Shown: positions 5,986 through 15,241, counted from the first letter of the stretch. The stretch: 20,000 bases of DNA from an uncultured virus (IMG/VR IMGVR_UViG_3300036865_000084) (IMGVR_UViG_3300036865_000084); one strand, 5' to 3'. Translations and numbers: made by a program. The notes: generated by a model from the letters alone, not told the origin.

Positions 5986-6639
5986 ATGGCGCTCGACCCC
6001 GACTTCTTCCCCGACTTGCGCGCCGTCGCCGCAAGCCTTCAGGCGAACCCCGCGGACGTGATGCTTGTGCTCTACGGAGAATCTGGGTTGGATCCCGCCT
6101 CCCATCGCGCGGGCTCTGACTACTACGGTATCAATCAGATGAACGGCGGCTACTTGCGACGCGCGGGCATCGACCCCGCGGACTACCTCACGTGGCCCGC
6201 GTCGCGGCAGCTCGACGCCGTCGTCGCGCCGTTTCTGAAAGGGCTCGTGGCGAGTCAGCTCAAGAAGCCCGTGCGAAGCGCGGGGGTGCTCGAGGCCCTG
6301 AACCTCTATCCCGCCGCCGTCGGCAAGCACGGCGACGCGCCCGACGCCATCGTCATCGACGGAAATTCAAACGACGCCGCGGAGCGCGCCGCATATCGTG
6401 CGAATCAAGCGCTCGATCAAGATCACTCGGGCGCGATCACGATCTCGGATCTCGACACATGGCTTCTCACGCGCTCGAAAGACAAGCCGTATCAACAGGC
6501 GCTCGCGCAACTCGGCGGCGCGCCAACGCCTTCGCCCCCGACTCAAAAAAGCAGCATCACGGGCGCCTTCGGCAAGGCGTTCGCGATCATCGGAGCGGCG
6601 AGCTTCTTTGCGTGGGCGCTGAGGAAGAGACGCGTGTAG
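5986..6639 (+). CDS. Lytic transglycosylase-like protein with C-terminal membrane anchor
   Basis: VMLVLYGESGLDP, YYGINQM, AYRANQALDQDHSGAITISDL (EF-hand-like) as in phage SLT-type lysins; ends with Pro linker, TM helix and RKRRV. Confidence 0.8.
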   Translation: MALDPDFFPDLRAVAASLQANPADVMLVLYGESGLDPASHRAGSDYYGINQMNGGYLRRAGIDPADYLTWPASRQLDAVVAPFLKGLVASQLKKPVRSAGVLEALNLYPAAVGKHGDAPDAIVIDGNSNDAAERAAYRANQALDQDHSGAITISDLDTWLLTRSKDKPYQQALAQLGGAPTPSPPTQKSSITGAFGKAFAIIGAASFFAWALRKRRV

Positions 6640-6648
6640 GCTCAGCCC

Positions 6649-7470
6649 ATGGGCCAATTCACCAACTCGTGGCGCCTGCGCGTCCGGCGTCTCGAATACC
6701 TCATCGAGCGCGCCTTGCGCGCCGGTCAGGCGGTCGCCAACGCGTGGCTCCAGGGCGGCAACGCGTTCGGCGCCACGGGGGTCTTCGGCACGCTCGACAA
6801 TAACCCCGTCAACGTCATCACGAACAGCGTCACGCGGTTCGCGTTCGACACGAGCGGCAACATCGTGCCGGCAGTCGACAACAGCGGCTCCGTCGGAACG
6901 TCGGCGCGCCGCTGGGGGTCGTTCATCGGCGTCAGCGTCACCGCCGGCGGAGGCGCCAGCATCATCACGGTGAACCCCGCGGCTGGGCTCGTCGTCCGCT
7001 GGGGCGCGACGCAAGCGGCGCTCGCCGCGGGCGACATCGGCATGGACCTCGCGACGGGGCGCGGGACGCTCTTCGTCGGCGGCGTGAGCCAGGAGATGGC
7101 GGTTTTGGGGGATCTCCCCGGCGGCGGCGCGGCGACGTTCCCCGCGACCATCACATCAGCCTCACCGCAGTACACCGCCATCGGCACAGATCGGCTGATC
7201 GAGGTCGACGTCTCGGGAGGGCAGCCCTCCGGCGGCCTGCCGATCAAGTTCGACGCCGCTGCCACTACCGGCACGCAGCATACCGTCAAGGTCGTCGCCG
7301 GAGACGCCGCGGTCAACACCGTCGGAGTCAGCGGCAACGGACAAAACATCGAGGACCCCAACAACCTGGGGACGTTCACCGCCTCTACCGTCTTCATCAA
7401 GTCGCCCGGCGGCGCCGTCACGTGGATGTTCGACGCCAACAACCGCTGGGCCGTCATCGCGAGCGCATGA
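6649..7470 (+). CDS. Putative fibre/spike-like virion protein
   Basis: Gly/Thr/Asn-rich beta-type sequence; WLQGGNAFGATGVFGTLDNN...RFAFDTSGNI.P...SVGTSARRW resembles segments of tail-fibre-domain proteins; TAGGCT 6 nt before the ATG. Confidence 0.65.
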   Translation: MGQFTNSWRLRVRRLEYLIERALRAGQAVANAWLQGGNAFGATGVFGTLDNNPVNVITNSVTRFAFDTSGNIVPAVDNSGSVGTSARRWGSFIGVSVTAGGGASIITVNPAAGLVVRWGATQAALAAGDIGMDLATGRGTLFVGGVSQEMAVLGDLPGGGAATFPATITSASPQYTAIGTDRLIEVDVSGGQPSGGLPIKFDAAATTGTQHTVKVVAGDAAVNTVGVSGNGQNIEDPNNLGTFTASTVFIKSPGGAVTWMFDANNRWAVIASA

Positions 7471-8996
7471 AAGCCATGAAAAACCATCTCGCTCTTCTCG
7501 TCGCGCTGTTTTTGATCGCGTGCCCCGGCGATACGACGCCTGTCGCCGTCGACGCCGGCGCGAAGCCTGCGCCTACGGATGCACCCCCGCCGCCTCTGCC
7601 GCTCGACAACGCGCCGGCGCAGCCGACGCCCGACTGGATGCTCAAGCCGCGGCCGCCGCTCGGCAACGTCAGAGCCGCCGGCACGCGCCCGCCCATCATC
7701 CCCGCGAGCTGGACGGTGCCCGCGTGGTTCATCGATCCTGCGAATAGTTCTGGTGCCGCGAGCGACAACAATACCTGCACGACATCGGGAGCTCCGTGCC
7801 TGACGTACGCCGAAATAGCGGCGCGATGGGGCACGTACTTTCCCAGGCTTCGACAGACGACCACGTTCACGTGGATGTCGAGCCACACCGATGGCACGGA
7901 TCCTGTCATCCAGAACCCGTACCTCGAGAACGGCGCGTCGCTCTTCAACAACGGGACGTTGGTGCAGACGTGCACGGGCACATTGGCTGGCGTCGTTGCC
8001 AAGAATCGGAACACGCCGCAGCTCCTCAACGCGACGTTGCCGGCGGGAGCGGCGATCAATCAGCTCATCATCAACACGACCCACGCTTCGCGCGCCTGGA
8101 CGTACACGTCGCTCGGAGCCGGCGCCTTCTCGATCTCGCAGCCGCTCGTCAGCCAAACGTTGCCGCACAACTTTATCTTAGCGGGCTCCGAAGTCGACAC
8201 GTGGGCTAACACCGATGCCGTCACGTGCAACACGCTCTCGAACATCAACTTCGTGCAGCTTTATCCAACGGTCACGGACCTCGGAACTGGATCCGCGAAC
8301 GCGGGGATCTACCTGCAACAGATCGGGGTCTTTGCCCCGTTTTCGACCTCGGATCTCGTCCTCATCAACAGTCAGGTCCGCTTCTTCGAGGTATTCTCGA
8401 ACAAGGGGATACAGACGGTCCTCTCGACAAGTAATGCGACGAATGGCGTCTACAACACCGACGTCCTCGGGAACTTTCAGAAGCAAACATGCGCGCAAGG
8501 AAGTACGGCGTTCGTTGGCGGTATCGCGCGCGGCCCACAGCTCTCCGGATGCACCGTCATCATTGACGGCGACGCAATCGCTGCTGCGACCAACAACATC
8601 ATTCAAGGGCTTTCATCGACTGTTGCCGGCGTTACCGGCCTCGGTCTCGTCTACATCGAATCAGGCAAGTCGCTCCAAGCTTCCGCCGGCGCTACCGGTA
8701 TCGCCAATAACCTCTCCATCGGCACACCGATCCTCTGGGGTCCAGGTAACTTTCGCCTCGTACAGACTGCGCACGTGACCTATCCAACAGGCGCCGGCTC
8801 GACGACATTCATCCAAACTGGCGCGTTCACGATCAACGGATTCACGACGGCGTGCGGGCACTCCAACGCGAACAACCCCGACGTCATCAACTGCGCCATC
8901 AACATCACCGGCGCGAATCTCGATGCCGCTCAAGGCATCGCGGGCTTCGGCGGTAACGCGTTCATCCCCGGCGGCGGCGGCATCTCGACGTTCTAG
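7467..8996 (+). CDS. Putative spike/adhesin-like beta-rich protein with lipoprotein-like N-terminus
   Basis: ATG 7467 (ATGA overlap); LALLVALFLIA-C lipobox-like; Pro linker; WFIDP...SDNN....APCLTYAE motif typical of the cap preceding beta-helix domains. Confidence 0.7.
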   Translation: MKAMKNHLALLVALFLIACPGDTTPVAVDAGAKPAPTDAPPPPLPLDNAPAQPTPDWMLKPRPPLGNVRAAGTRPPIIPASWTVPAWFIDPANSSGAASDNNTCTTSGAPCLTYAEIAARWGTYFPRLRQTTTFTWMSSHTDGTDPVIQNPYLENGASLFNNGTLVQTCTGTLAGVVAKNRNTPQLLNATLPAGAAINQLIINTTHASRAWTYTSLGAGAFSISQPLVSQTLPHNFILAGSEVDTWANTDAVTCNTLSNINFVQLYPTVTDLGTGSANAGIYLQQIGVFAPFSTSDLVLINSQVRFFEVFSNKGIQTVLSTSNATNGVYNTDVLGNFQKQTCAQGSTAFVGGIARGPQLSGCTVIIDGDAIAAATNNIIQGLSSTVAGVTGLGLVYIESGKSLQASAGATGIANNLSIGTPILWGPGNFRLVQTAHVTYPTGAGSTTFIQTGAFTINGFTTACGHSNANNPDVINCAINITGANLDAAQGIAGFGGNAFIPGGGGISTF

Positions 8997-10387
8997 ACGT
9001 CGCTCACCGCCATCGTGGTCGAGGGGCAGGCGGGATCGAAAATCTTCTGTCCGAAGCCTCCGCTCGCAACGCTCGCCAGAAAATTCGCAAAAGAGAGGCT
9101 TCGGAGACCGGTCAAGGTGTAGGTCGCCGGGTCCATCGCCGGGAGCTGACTGATCGGCGCGGTCGAAACTCCGAAGAGGATGTCCGAGTACCCTCCGCCC
9201 GTGCCGGTGATTGCAAAGGCGGTCCCCGTGTCGAGAGAGCCGACCGTGACCTGGCTTCCCGGCTTCACGAAGACCGCGCTCGTGTGATTTGCGCTCCCGA
9301 AGAGGCCATGCCGGATGACGAGGCTCGAGTCGTGGTCCACGGTCAAGAAGGACGTCGAGTTGTAGACGCCGATCGGATGGTGGACATGGAAATGGCTCGG
9401 CTGGTTCCATATGATCGCCGGGCAGGAGTCGAAGATGTCGAGGTCGCTCAACATGACCCCACCGTTCAAGATCACAGAGCAAGCTCGAACGAGGTTGTAA
9501 TTCTGCGCGAAAAAGGTGGAGACGACGAGAGCGCCGGTGATGTAGCAGGAGTTCGCGGTGACGTTGGCGAGGCCTGGGGTGTAGTTACTGAGCTCGGAGT
9601 TGTAGAATGCAACTTGCCCCTTCTCGAGCCCGAAACCGGCATGGCCGATGTTCGCCGGCCCTTGAGGAATCTTGACGAGCCGGAACGCAAGCGAAGGTTG
9701 AACGCCCGCTCGCGTCGAGAAGGTCAAGCTTCCGACGTCCTGAATGAGCACTTGCCCGAGGAGCCTTCGTTCGAGGATCTGATACGTCTCGTTGCCGGCG
9801 AGCGTGATCTGGAGATTATTGAACGGCGCGGTCGAGGAGGGTTTGTTCGGGACGCTCACCGCCGCGACGCCGCCGCCGAGATCCTGGTAGACGATGAAGC
9901 CTCCGCCGGCGTTCGGCCCCGAGGTGAGAACGACCTGCTTGTTCAAGTAAGGCGTCCAAGAGCCGATCGCGAGGTCGGTGACAAGTGTGATTTGTCCCGA
10001 TGGACCGACGTTCGTGACAAGGTTCGTTGCGGCGCTGAGCTGGCCCGTGTGAAGCACCTGCGACGCGCCCCCGCCGAGCACCGTAACCGTGCCGCCGATG
10101 CCGTAGATTTGCGAGAGCAGAATCGGATCCGTCTCGGGCCAATCGGTCTCGAATTGAAGCGTCACAGGCACCGGGACGGGCCTGAAGAAGCCTGTGCGTC
10201 GAAAGTATTCTGCGAACGTGCGAAGCGGCGCCGCAATGCCGTCAGCGCCGTCGCTGCCGACGTTCGCGTCAAAGCGCCAGAGCGGCTGCGAGAAGACGGC
10301 ATCGCCGCGCGGCTGAAGTGGTAGCGCCGCCGCGACGTGACGAGCCTGTAGAAACGCCTGCGCCGCCTGAAGTGCGTGCCGTCGCAT
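8993..10387 (-). CDS. Putative spike-like beta-rich protein, paralogue of 7467..8996
   Basis: ATG 10387 with TAGAAT 7 nt upstream; WRFDANVGSD.ADG..APLRTFAE..RR.G, TDPI, YQDLGGG...VS.P and GFG...F.P align by eye with the convergent gene. Confidence 0.7.
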   Translation of the reverse strand: MRRHALQAAQAFLQARHVAAALPLQPRGDAVFSQPLWRFDANVGSDGADGIAAPLRTFAEYFRRTGFFRPVPVPVTLQFETDWPETDPILLSQIYGIGGTVTVLGGGASQVLHTGQLSAATNLVTNVGPSGQITLVTDLAIGSWTPYLNKQVVLTSGPNAGGGFIVYQDLGGGVAAVSVPNKPSSTAPFNNLQITLAGNETYQILERRLLGQVLIQDVGSLTFSTRAGVQPSLAFRLVKIPQGPANIGHAGFGLEKGQVAFYNSELSNYTPGLANVTANSCYITGALVVSTFFAQNYNLVRACSVILNGGVMLSDLDIFDSCPAIIWNQPSHFHVHHPIGVYNSTSFLTVDHDSSLVIRHGLFGSANHTSAVFVKPGSQVTVGSLDTGTAFAITGTGGGYSDILFGVSTAPISQLPAMDPATYTLTGLRSLSFANFLASVASGGFGQKIFDPACPSTTMAVSDV

Positions 10388-10454
10388 AGATCCGATTCTA
10401 CCCGGCTGCCGCGAATCGTCTACGACAGCCCGCCAATCGTCTATGATGCCTGTC
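10388..10454. promoter_or_regulatory. Divergent promoter region with AATCGTCTAYGAY direct repeat
   Basis: TAGAAT (minus, 10400-10395) and TATGAT (plus, 10442-10447), each 7 nt from an ATG; repeat copies start at 10414 and 10435. Confidence 0.55.
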
Positions 10455-11069
10455 ATGTCTCCCGAGACCGCACGCCTCTATCGAACCATCGACTACGTCC
10501 TGCCGACCCTGCCCGGGTGGTGCGCACCGGAGAAGGGCAAGAAGATGGCCGAGGTCATCCTCGAAAACGAATCGGAGGTCTGCGTTGAGCTCGGCGTCTT
10601 CGGCGGACGGAGCCTCGTCGCGATTGCACTCGCTTTGAAGGCACAACGAAAGGGCCGCGTCTTCGGGGTCGACCCCTATACCGCCGCGGCGGCGCTCGAG
10701 GGCACCAACGATCCCGAGAACGACGCCTGGTGGCGGAAGCTCGATCACGAACAGATCCACGCTGCCGCCGAGCGCGTGCTCGACGATCTCGAGCTCTCGA
10801 AGTTCGCGATCATCCTTCGAGCGCGCTCGCAAGACGCATCTCGGAACTGGCCGTCGATCGATTTGCTGCACCAGGATTCCAATCACTCCGAAGAGGTGTC
10901 GTGCGCCGAGGTCGAGCTCTATGCGCCGGTCCTCAAGCCCGGCGGCATCTGGATCATGGACGACACTAACTGGCAGACGACGCGCAAGGCGCAAGACAAG
11001 CTTCTCGCGCTCGGCTTCACTGCGCAGCACCGCGAGGAGTCGTGGGCGATTCTGCGAAAGCCTCTGTGA
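10455..11069 (+). CDS. Class I SAM-dependent methyltransferase (Methyltransf_24-like)
   Basis: LPGWC..EK, VELGVFGGRS, GVDPY, IDLLHQDSNH, LKPGGIWIMDD. Confidence 0.88.
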   Translation: MSPETARLYRTIDYVLPTLPGWCAPEKGKKMAEVILENESEVCVELGVFGGRSLVAIALALKAQRKGRVFGVDPYTAAAALEGTNDPENDAWWRKLDHEQIHAAAERVLDDLELSKFAIILRARSQDASRNWPSIDLLHQDSNHSEEVSCAEVELYAPVLKPGGIWIMDDTNWQTTRKAQDKLLALGFTAQHREESWAILRKPL

Positions 11070-11082
11070 ATCGCGAAGCCGG

Positions 11083-11691
11083 TTACAGCAGCTCGCGTAG
11101 ACGATTCAGCCACCACGACGTATCAGGCAGCCCGACGATACGGCTCGTGAAGAACGTCAGTGTGCGGCGCCCGTAAAGTTCATTCCCCGCGGTGGCACGC
11201 AGGCGAGCCGTCTCCTCGGGCACATGGTCGAGCCCTGCGGCTTTGAAGCGTTCGACCCAATACGACTCCACCTGCTCGTTGACGTGGTGGTGGCCGCCCT
11301 GTCCCGGGGTCGCGAAGGTGATGCAGACGTGGCGGCAGCGCTGAAGCGCCGCCATCCAATTACACATGTACTTCGCCTCGACGTGCTCGACGAACTCGGC
11401 GCTCCATCCGAGATCGTAGATGTCGATCGGCGTGAACGGGCCCGTCGTGAAGTCGTGGCCGACGACGGCGTCGCACCGCCGGTGCGCGAGGGCCGCGGGG
11501 TCGCCTTCGACGCCGAGCGCCTTGCCGACGCGCTCCTGAAACCAGCGGGTCGCGAAGCCGGCGCCGCACCCGACATCGAGCACGCTCTTGACGCCGTAGG
11601 TGGTGATGAGTCTCTCCCAGATGTCGGGGAGCCACGTGGTGACGTCGGGGCCATTGACGTTGGATCCACCGAGATGCGAGGGGGTTGTCAT
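11083..11691 (-). CDS. Class I SAM-dependent methyltransferase
   Basis: SVLDVGCGAG motif I, GVEGD, YDLGWSAEFVEHVE, ATPGQGGHHHVNEQ..YW, typical of glycan-locus methyltransferases. Confidence 0.9.
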   Translation of the reverse strand: MTTPSHLGGSNVNGPDVTTWLPDIWERLITTYGVKSVLDVGCGAGFATRWFQERVGKALGVEGDPAALAHRRCDAVVGHDFTTGPFTPIDIYDLGWSAEFVEHVEAKYMCNWMAALQRCRHVCITFATPGQGGHHHVNEQVESYWVERFKAAGLDHVPEETARLRATAGNELYGRRTLTFFTSRIVGLPDTSWWLNRLRELL

Positions 11692-11700
11692 AGGATTTTT

Positions 11701-12387
11701 CTACACCATCTTCTCATGCCGCGAGTCGGTTTGGTCCCACGGAAAACCGATCGGCGGCGGCGGATCCATTCGCGCGCTCGGCGAGCTTGGCCGCTGGATG
11801 AAGAGCCGGGGACTCAACGTGTACGAGTAGACGTCGTCTTTCTTGGACCACTCGGCGAGGATGCTGTCGACGTTGCCGATGTAGACGCGGCTTTCACATA
11901 GCCTGCGCGCGAACTTCCGAGACATCGCGTACGCGTGCGTCGTCAGCATGCCGCGGTTGCGGATGACATGTTTTCTAACGCGACACCTTGGCTCGCATTC
12001 GTAGCCGCCGCCGAGGTAGAGAAGGTCCCAACTCTCCGGCACCTCGTCGATCATGACCCCGAAGCGCTTCTCGAGCGTCGCGCCAGGACACGAATCGAAG
12101 ATGACGACTTCTTCTTGCGTCGGCTGGTAGCCGGCCTTGAGCAAGACCTCGCGCGTCGTCAGCATGAAGTCGTCTTCGAAGACGAGAAGACGATTCTCTA
12201 GCTTGCCGTCCGCGAGCTCTTCCCACAAAACCGTGTGGCTGTCGCACGGGCCGCCGACGGCGGGGAGGCGTTGGCACTTTTCGATGCCGCACATCGCCAA
12301 CTCTTTTTGCGACTCAGCCCATCTGTCCGGCCGGCGGTCGAGGTTGATGAGGAAGATCCGATCGAAGTACGAGTCGACGGTTTGCAT
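11701..12387 (-). CDS. Glycosyltransferase family 25-like
   Basis: FDRIFLINLDRRPDRW, SH..LW, LVFEDD, WDLLYLGG, TTHAYAMS. Confidence 0.88.
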   Translation of the reverse strand: MQTVDSYFDRIFLINLDRRPDRWAESQKELAMCGIEKCQRLPAVGGPCDSHTVLWEELADGKLENRLLVFEDDFMLTTREVLLKAGYQPTQEEVVIFDSCPGATLEKRFGVMIDEVPESWDLLYLGGGYECEPRCRVRKHVIRNRGMLTTHAYAMSRKFARRLCESRVYIGNVDSILAEWSKKDDVYSYTLSPRLFIQRPSSPSARMDPPPPIGFPWDQTDSRHEKMV

Positions 12388-12393
12388 CACATC

Positions 12394-13332
12394 TCACATC
12401 TCGCTGAGCGGCTGGTTGTCGACCCAGTGATGCGTCGGCGCAACCGGGATCGGAAACGGCTCCCCGCGAAGCGCGCGCTCGCGGAGCTCGCGGAGATTGA
12501 AGGCGTTGCCGAGCGTCCACGTGCGGCTCGCTTCGCGCTGGAGACGGGTCAGGAGCGCGTTGGAGCTGTAAGGGCCGTCGGGTCCCGGCCACGGCTTGTC
12601 GAGCCGGATGACGGGGTTATCGCCGTGTCCGAGCTCGTCTTCGACGGTGCCGCACGCGCGCGTGATTTTCATCGGGACCCCGAGCCGCTCGAGGCGCGTG
12701 CCGAAGTCCCAGTCTTCGCCGCCGATGGAGTCGTAGATTTCGTCCTGACCGTTCACCGCGAGCGCGTGCTCGATGGGCAAGGAGAACGTGCCGCCGTAGA
12801 GCCACGATCCGTAACACGGATGAAGCTTCTCGTCGGGGAGGCGCTTCAAGCGTGAGTCCTGACCGGCTTCGAAGCGGCCGTCGGCGGAAGGGCCGCCAGC
12901 GCGCCAGCTTCCGTCGGGGGAGCACTGAAGGTCGAGATACTTGCAAGTCGTGCCGGCGAGCACGTATCTGTTTTCGGCCGCGTGCAGGTGCGCCTTCAGC
13001 CAGCCAGGCAGCAAAACGGATAAGTCATCGACGAAGGCGATGTGGGGGTGTCGAGCGAGCGCCAGCGCGGTGTTCCGCGTGTTGGCCGCCGCGAAGTAAT
13101 CTTTCGTCGTGAGCCGATGGGGGCCTTGCCACACCGTCGGCTTCGGGGGGTGGTGCTCGATCGCGAAGCGGCCGTCGACGATGCGTTTGAAGTCGTCTCG
13201 GCGCGCGTCGTCAAGTTTCCCGTCGATGACGAGCACCTGCATCCCTGGCAAGACACCCTCGCGCGCGAGGCTCCAGACGAACCAGTCGAAGCGCGGGCGC
13301 TGGCGGAACGTCAGATAGGCGATCGTGAGCAT
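12394..13332 (-). CDS. GT-A fold glycosyltransferase (GT2-like)
   Basis: LTIAYLT, VLVID, AANTRNTALALA....IAFVDD (DxD-like), AVNGQDE.Y...GGEDWDFGTRL. Confidence 0.82.
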   Translation of the reverse strand: MLTIAYLTFRQRPRFDWFVWSLAREGVLPGMQVLVIDGKLDDARRDDFKRIVDGRFAIEHHPPKPTVWQGPHRLTTKDYFAAANTRNTALALARHPHIAFVDDLSVLLPGWLKAHLHAAENRYVLAGTTCKYLDLQCSPDGSWRAGGPSADGRFEAGQDSRLKRLPDEKLHPCYGSWLYGGTFSLPIEHALAVNGQDEIYDSIGGEDWDFGTRLERLGVPMKITRACGTVEDELGHGDNPVIRLDKPWPGPDGPYSSNALLTRLQREASRTWTLGNAFNLRELRERALRGEPFPIPVAPTHHWVDNQPLSEM

Positions 13333-13481
13333 AGCTTTGCGATGACGTCTTCGAGGTGACGGACGCGGTTCTCGATCGAGTTTCGGAACGCGCGCTCGCT
13401 CGGCGTCTCGTCACGTCTTGACCGCGCCGTTTCCTCGCGCAGCGCCGCCAGCGTTTGCCGCATGACTTCGTCCATTTCCAT
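13311..13481 (-). CDS. Small hypothetical coiled-coil protein (56 aa)
   Basis: MEMDEVMRQTLAALREETARSRRDETPSERAFRNSIENRVRHLEDVIAKLCSRSPI*; GAGGGGAG SD upstream; bridges the gap between two genes. Not in the ORF track. Confidence 0.5.
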   Translation of the reverse strand: MEMDEVMRQTLAALREETARSRRDETPSERAFRNSIENRVRHLEDVIAKLCSRSPI

Positions 13482-14517
13482 CGACTCCCCTCATCAAACA
13501 CGCGATGTCGAACTCGTCGACTTCCGCGAGCCAGGCTTCTTCGTCGTGTACGCCGAAGGAGAGCACGAGACGGTCCGGGTGTCTCGGGTGCCGCGCCATG
13601 CCGGCGCAGAACTCGACGCCGATGCGGCGGAAGTAAAACGGCGACGAGATGCCGGCGACTTTGAGATTTCTGTCGAACGCCACGAACATGTGCACGTAGA
13701 CGCGTCTCGCTTGAAGGATGATTGTCTCGTGCACGACCGCGAGGTAGCCGCCGAGCACCTCGACGAGCTGACTACTGCCGTGAAGATCGCCGAGCGGGCG
13801 GCACGGCAATGACTCCGAGACGGGCTTGGTCTCTCCCGGAGCGCGTACGACGGTCGGATCGACGCTGTAGATCCAGCGGAGCTTTCCGTTCGGCAGGATG
13901 ACGGGCATCCAATTCTTCTCGGCCCGGCCGGGTGTCTCGGTCACCTGCACGTAGGCGCGAGCGACGTCGAAGTCGTCCGTCAGCTCGACGAGAGCCATCT
14001 CCACGCGCCGCCCGTTGAGCACCGTCGCGCTCGCGCCGAGTCGGTTGCCGAGCGAGAAGAGCCGCATGTCTTCGTAGCCGCTCCGCGGGGCGAAGTCGTC
14101 GTTGCTGATCGTCTTCACGCGCCTGACGGCGAGGCTGCTAGTGAGCCGCAAGAAGAGATTCACCGTGTGCGGGCTCGGCGTCGACCCAGGCAGCCGGTAA
14201 TTCACGCAGCGCACGGTGCAAAGGAGCTCTCCCTTGTGCGCGACGACGGAGGGATTACACGGCCAGTAGCCATCGGGCACCGCGCTGAGCGGCAGCCCGA
14301 TCGGGCGAAGCTTCGTGCTCTTGCAGAGCGCCTGAAGGCGCGGAACCGGCGCCGCGTGCACGCGCGGAGACGACGCGGACACCGACATCGCGGCGGCGGG
14401 GATGGGCGCGGGCGCGACGGCGGGCGCCTCTTGCGTCTTGGAGAGGTTCAAGAAGTAGGCGCGGTTTTTCGCGGCCTGAATCGCGGCGGCGGCCTTGGCG
14501 CGCTGGGAGATCGCCAT
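13411..14517 (-). CDS. Beta-propeller glycoside hydrolase-like protein (GH130/GH43/DUF377-like)
   Basis: ATG 14517; CNPSV..VRCVNY, GYEDMRLF, EKNWMP, GSSQLV, YLAVVHE, PFYF...GVEFCAG, SFGVHD. Confidence 0.75.
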   Translation of the reverse strand: MAISQRAKAAAAIQAAKNRAYFLNLSKTQEAPAVAPAPIPAAAMSVSASSPRVHAAPVPRLQALCKSTKLRPIGLPLSAVPDGYWPCNPSVVAHKGELLCTVRCVNYRLPGSTPSPHTVNLFLRLTSSLAVRRVKTISNDDFAPRSGYEDMRLFSLGNRLGASATVLNGRRVEMALVELTDDFDVARAYVQVTETPGRAEKNWMPVILPNGKLRWIYSVDPTVVRAPGETKPVSESLPCRPLGDLHGSSQLVEVLGGYLAVVHETIILQARRVYVHMFVAFDRNLKVAGISSPFYFRRIGVEFCAGMARHPRHPDRLVLSFGVHDEEAWLAEVDEFDIACLMRGVDGNGRSHAANAGGAARGNGAVKT

Positions 14518-14563
14518 GTCGAAGTCATACTCCCGAGGGCGCGCTGCGGCTATACTCAGGCGC

Positions 14564-15241
14564 GTGAACGAGCGGCTTCTCTGGGTCGGCGGACTCGTAC
14601 TCGGCGGTGTTGCCGTCGCAGCTGGCGTCGCCGCGGCGACGAAACCGAAGCAACAGTTAGCGCCGTCACCGGGCGGGTGCGCGCCGCAGCCCCCGCAGCC
14701 GTTCTTGATACGCACGAACTACCTGAAGACGCCGGGCGGTCTTCCGGCGGCGAACAAGTACCGCACCGAGAAGTACGGCTACTTGCCAGGGCTGACGGAT
14801 TCGAGCTGGAATCCGGCGACGGCCGCCTCGAACGCCGTCCCGACGACGTTCTTCGGGCTACCGATCACGCTCAACAGGCGCGTCGTGCCTGTCCTCAAAT
14901 GCGTCGAGCAGGTCATCAAGAGCGAGTGTGTCGCGACCCTGTACACGCCGCGCGCGCTCTCTGGCCTCCGGAACTATAACAGCTACCACGGCGGCGAGAT
15001 CTCCAATCATATGTGGGGCATCGCCATCGACATCGATCCAGATCGCAACCCGTGCTGCGGCTGCGTGGGGCACTGGGCCAACGACCCGCGGTGCGCTCGA
15101 CCGTTCGAGCAGCAGTACGACCTACCGAACTGCTGGATCGGTGTGTTCGAGCGCTACGGCTTCTACTGGCTCGGCCACGACGAGCACATTCGCGACACGA
15201 TGCACTTCGAGTTTCTCGGCGACCCGGAGCTAGTCGGATGA
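14564..15241 (+). CDS. M15-family zinc peptidase (peptidoglycan peptidase) with N-terminal TM anchor
   Basis: GTG 14564 with TATACT 7 nt upstream; TM LLWVGGLVLGGVAVAAGVAAA; SNHMWGIAIDID (SxHxxGxAxD) and DTMHFE zinc motifs. Confidence 0.9.
   Translation: MNERLLWVGGLVLGGVAVAAGVAAATKPKQQLAPSPGGCAPQPPQPFLIRTNYLKTPGGLPAANKYRTEKYGYLPGLTDSSWNPATAASNAVPTTFFGLPITLNRRVVPVLKCVEQVIKSECVATLYTPRALSGLRNYNSYHGGEISNHMWGIAIDIDPDRNPCCGCVGHWANDPRCARPFEQQYDLPNCWIGVFERYGFYWLGHDEHIRDTMHFEFLGDPELVG

Noticed and set aside
6412..6456. EF-hand-like DQDHSGAITISDL as a separate calcium-signalling domain
   Set aside because: This motif is a usual part of this type of phage transglycosylase-like protein, so it is not a separate novelty.
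8150..8900. Lower GC in the 3' half of the spike-like gene (32/60 GC in the line starting at 8401) as a recent module swap
   Set aside because: Largely explained by Thr/Asn/Ile/Gln-rich composition; not supportable without a codon-position analysis.
4481..10324. Long ORFs 4481..5932 (+), 4521..5603 (-), 6726..8168 (-), 8661..9482 (-), 9284..10324 (+) and similar Arg/Ala-rich track ORFs
   Set aside because: They are antisense or off-frame shadows of genes with recognisable motifs, as expected in high-GC DNA; the products have no domain-like features.
10413..11107. 12-bp inverted match GAATCGTCTACG (10413-10424) versus 11096-11107 flanking a methyltransferase, as possible inversion sites
   Set aside because: It is short, the second copy lies inside a coding region and no recombinase is nearby; likely chance.
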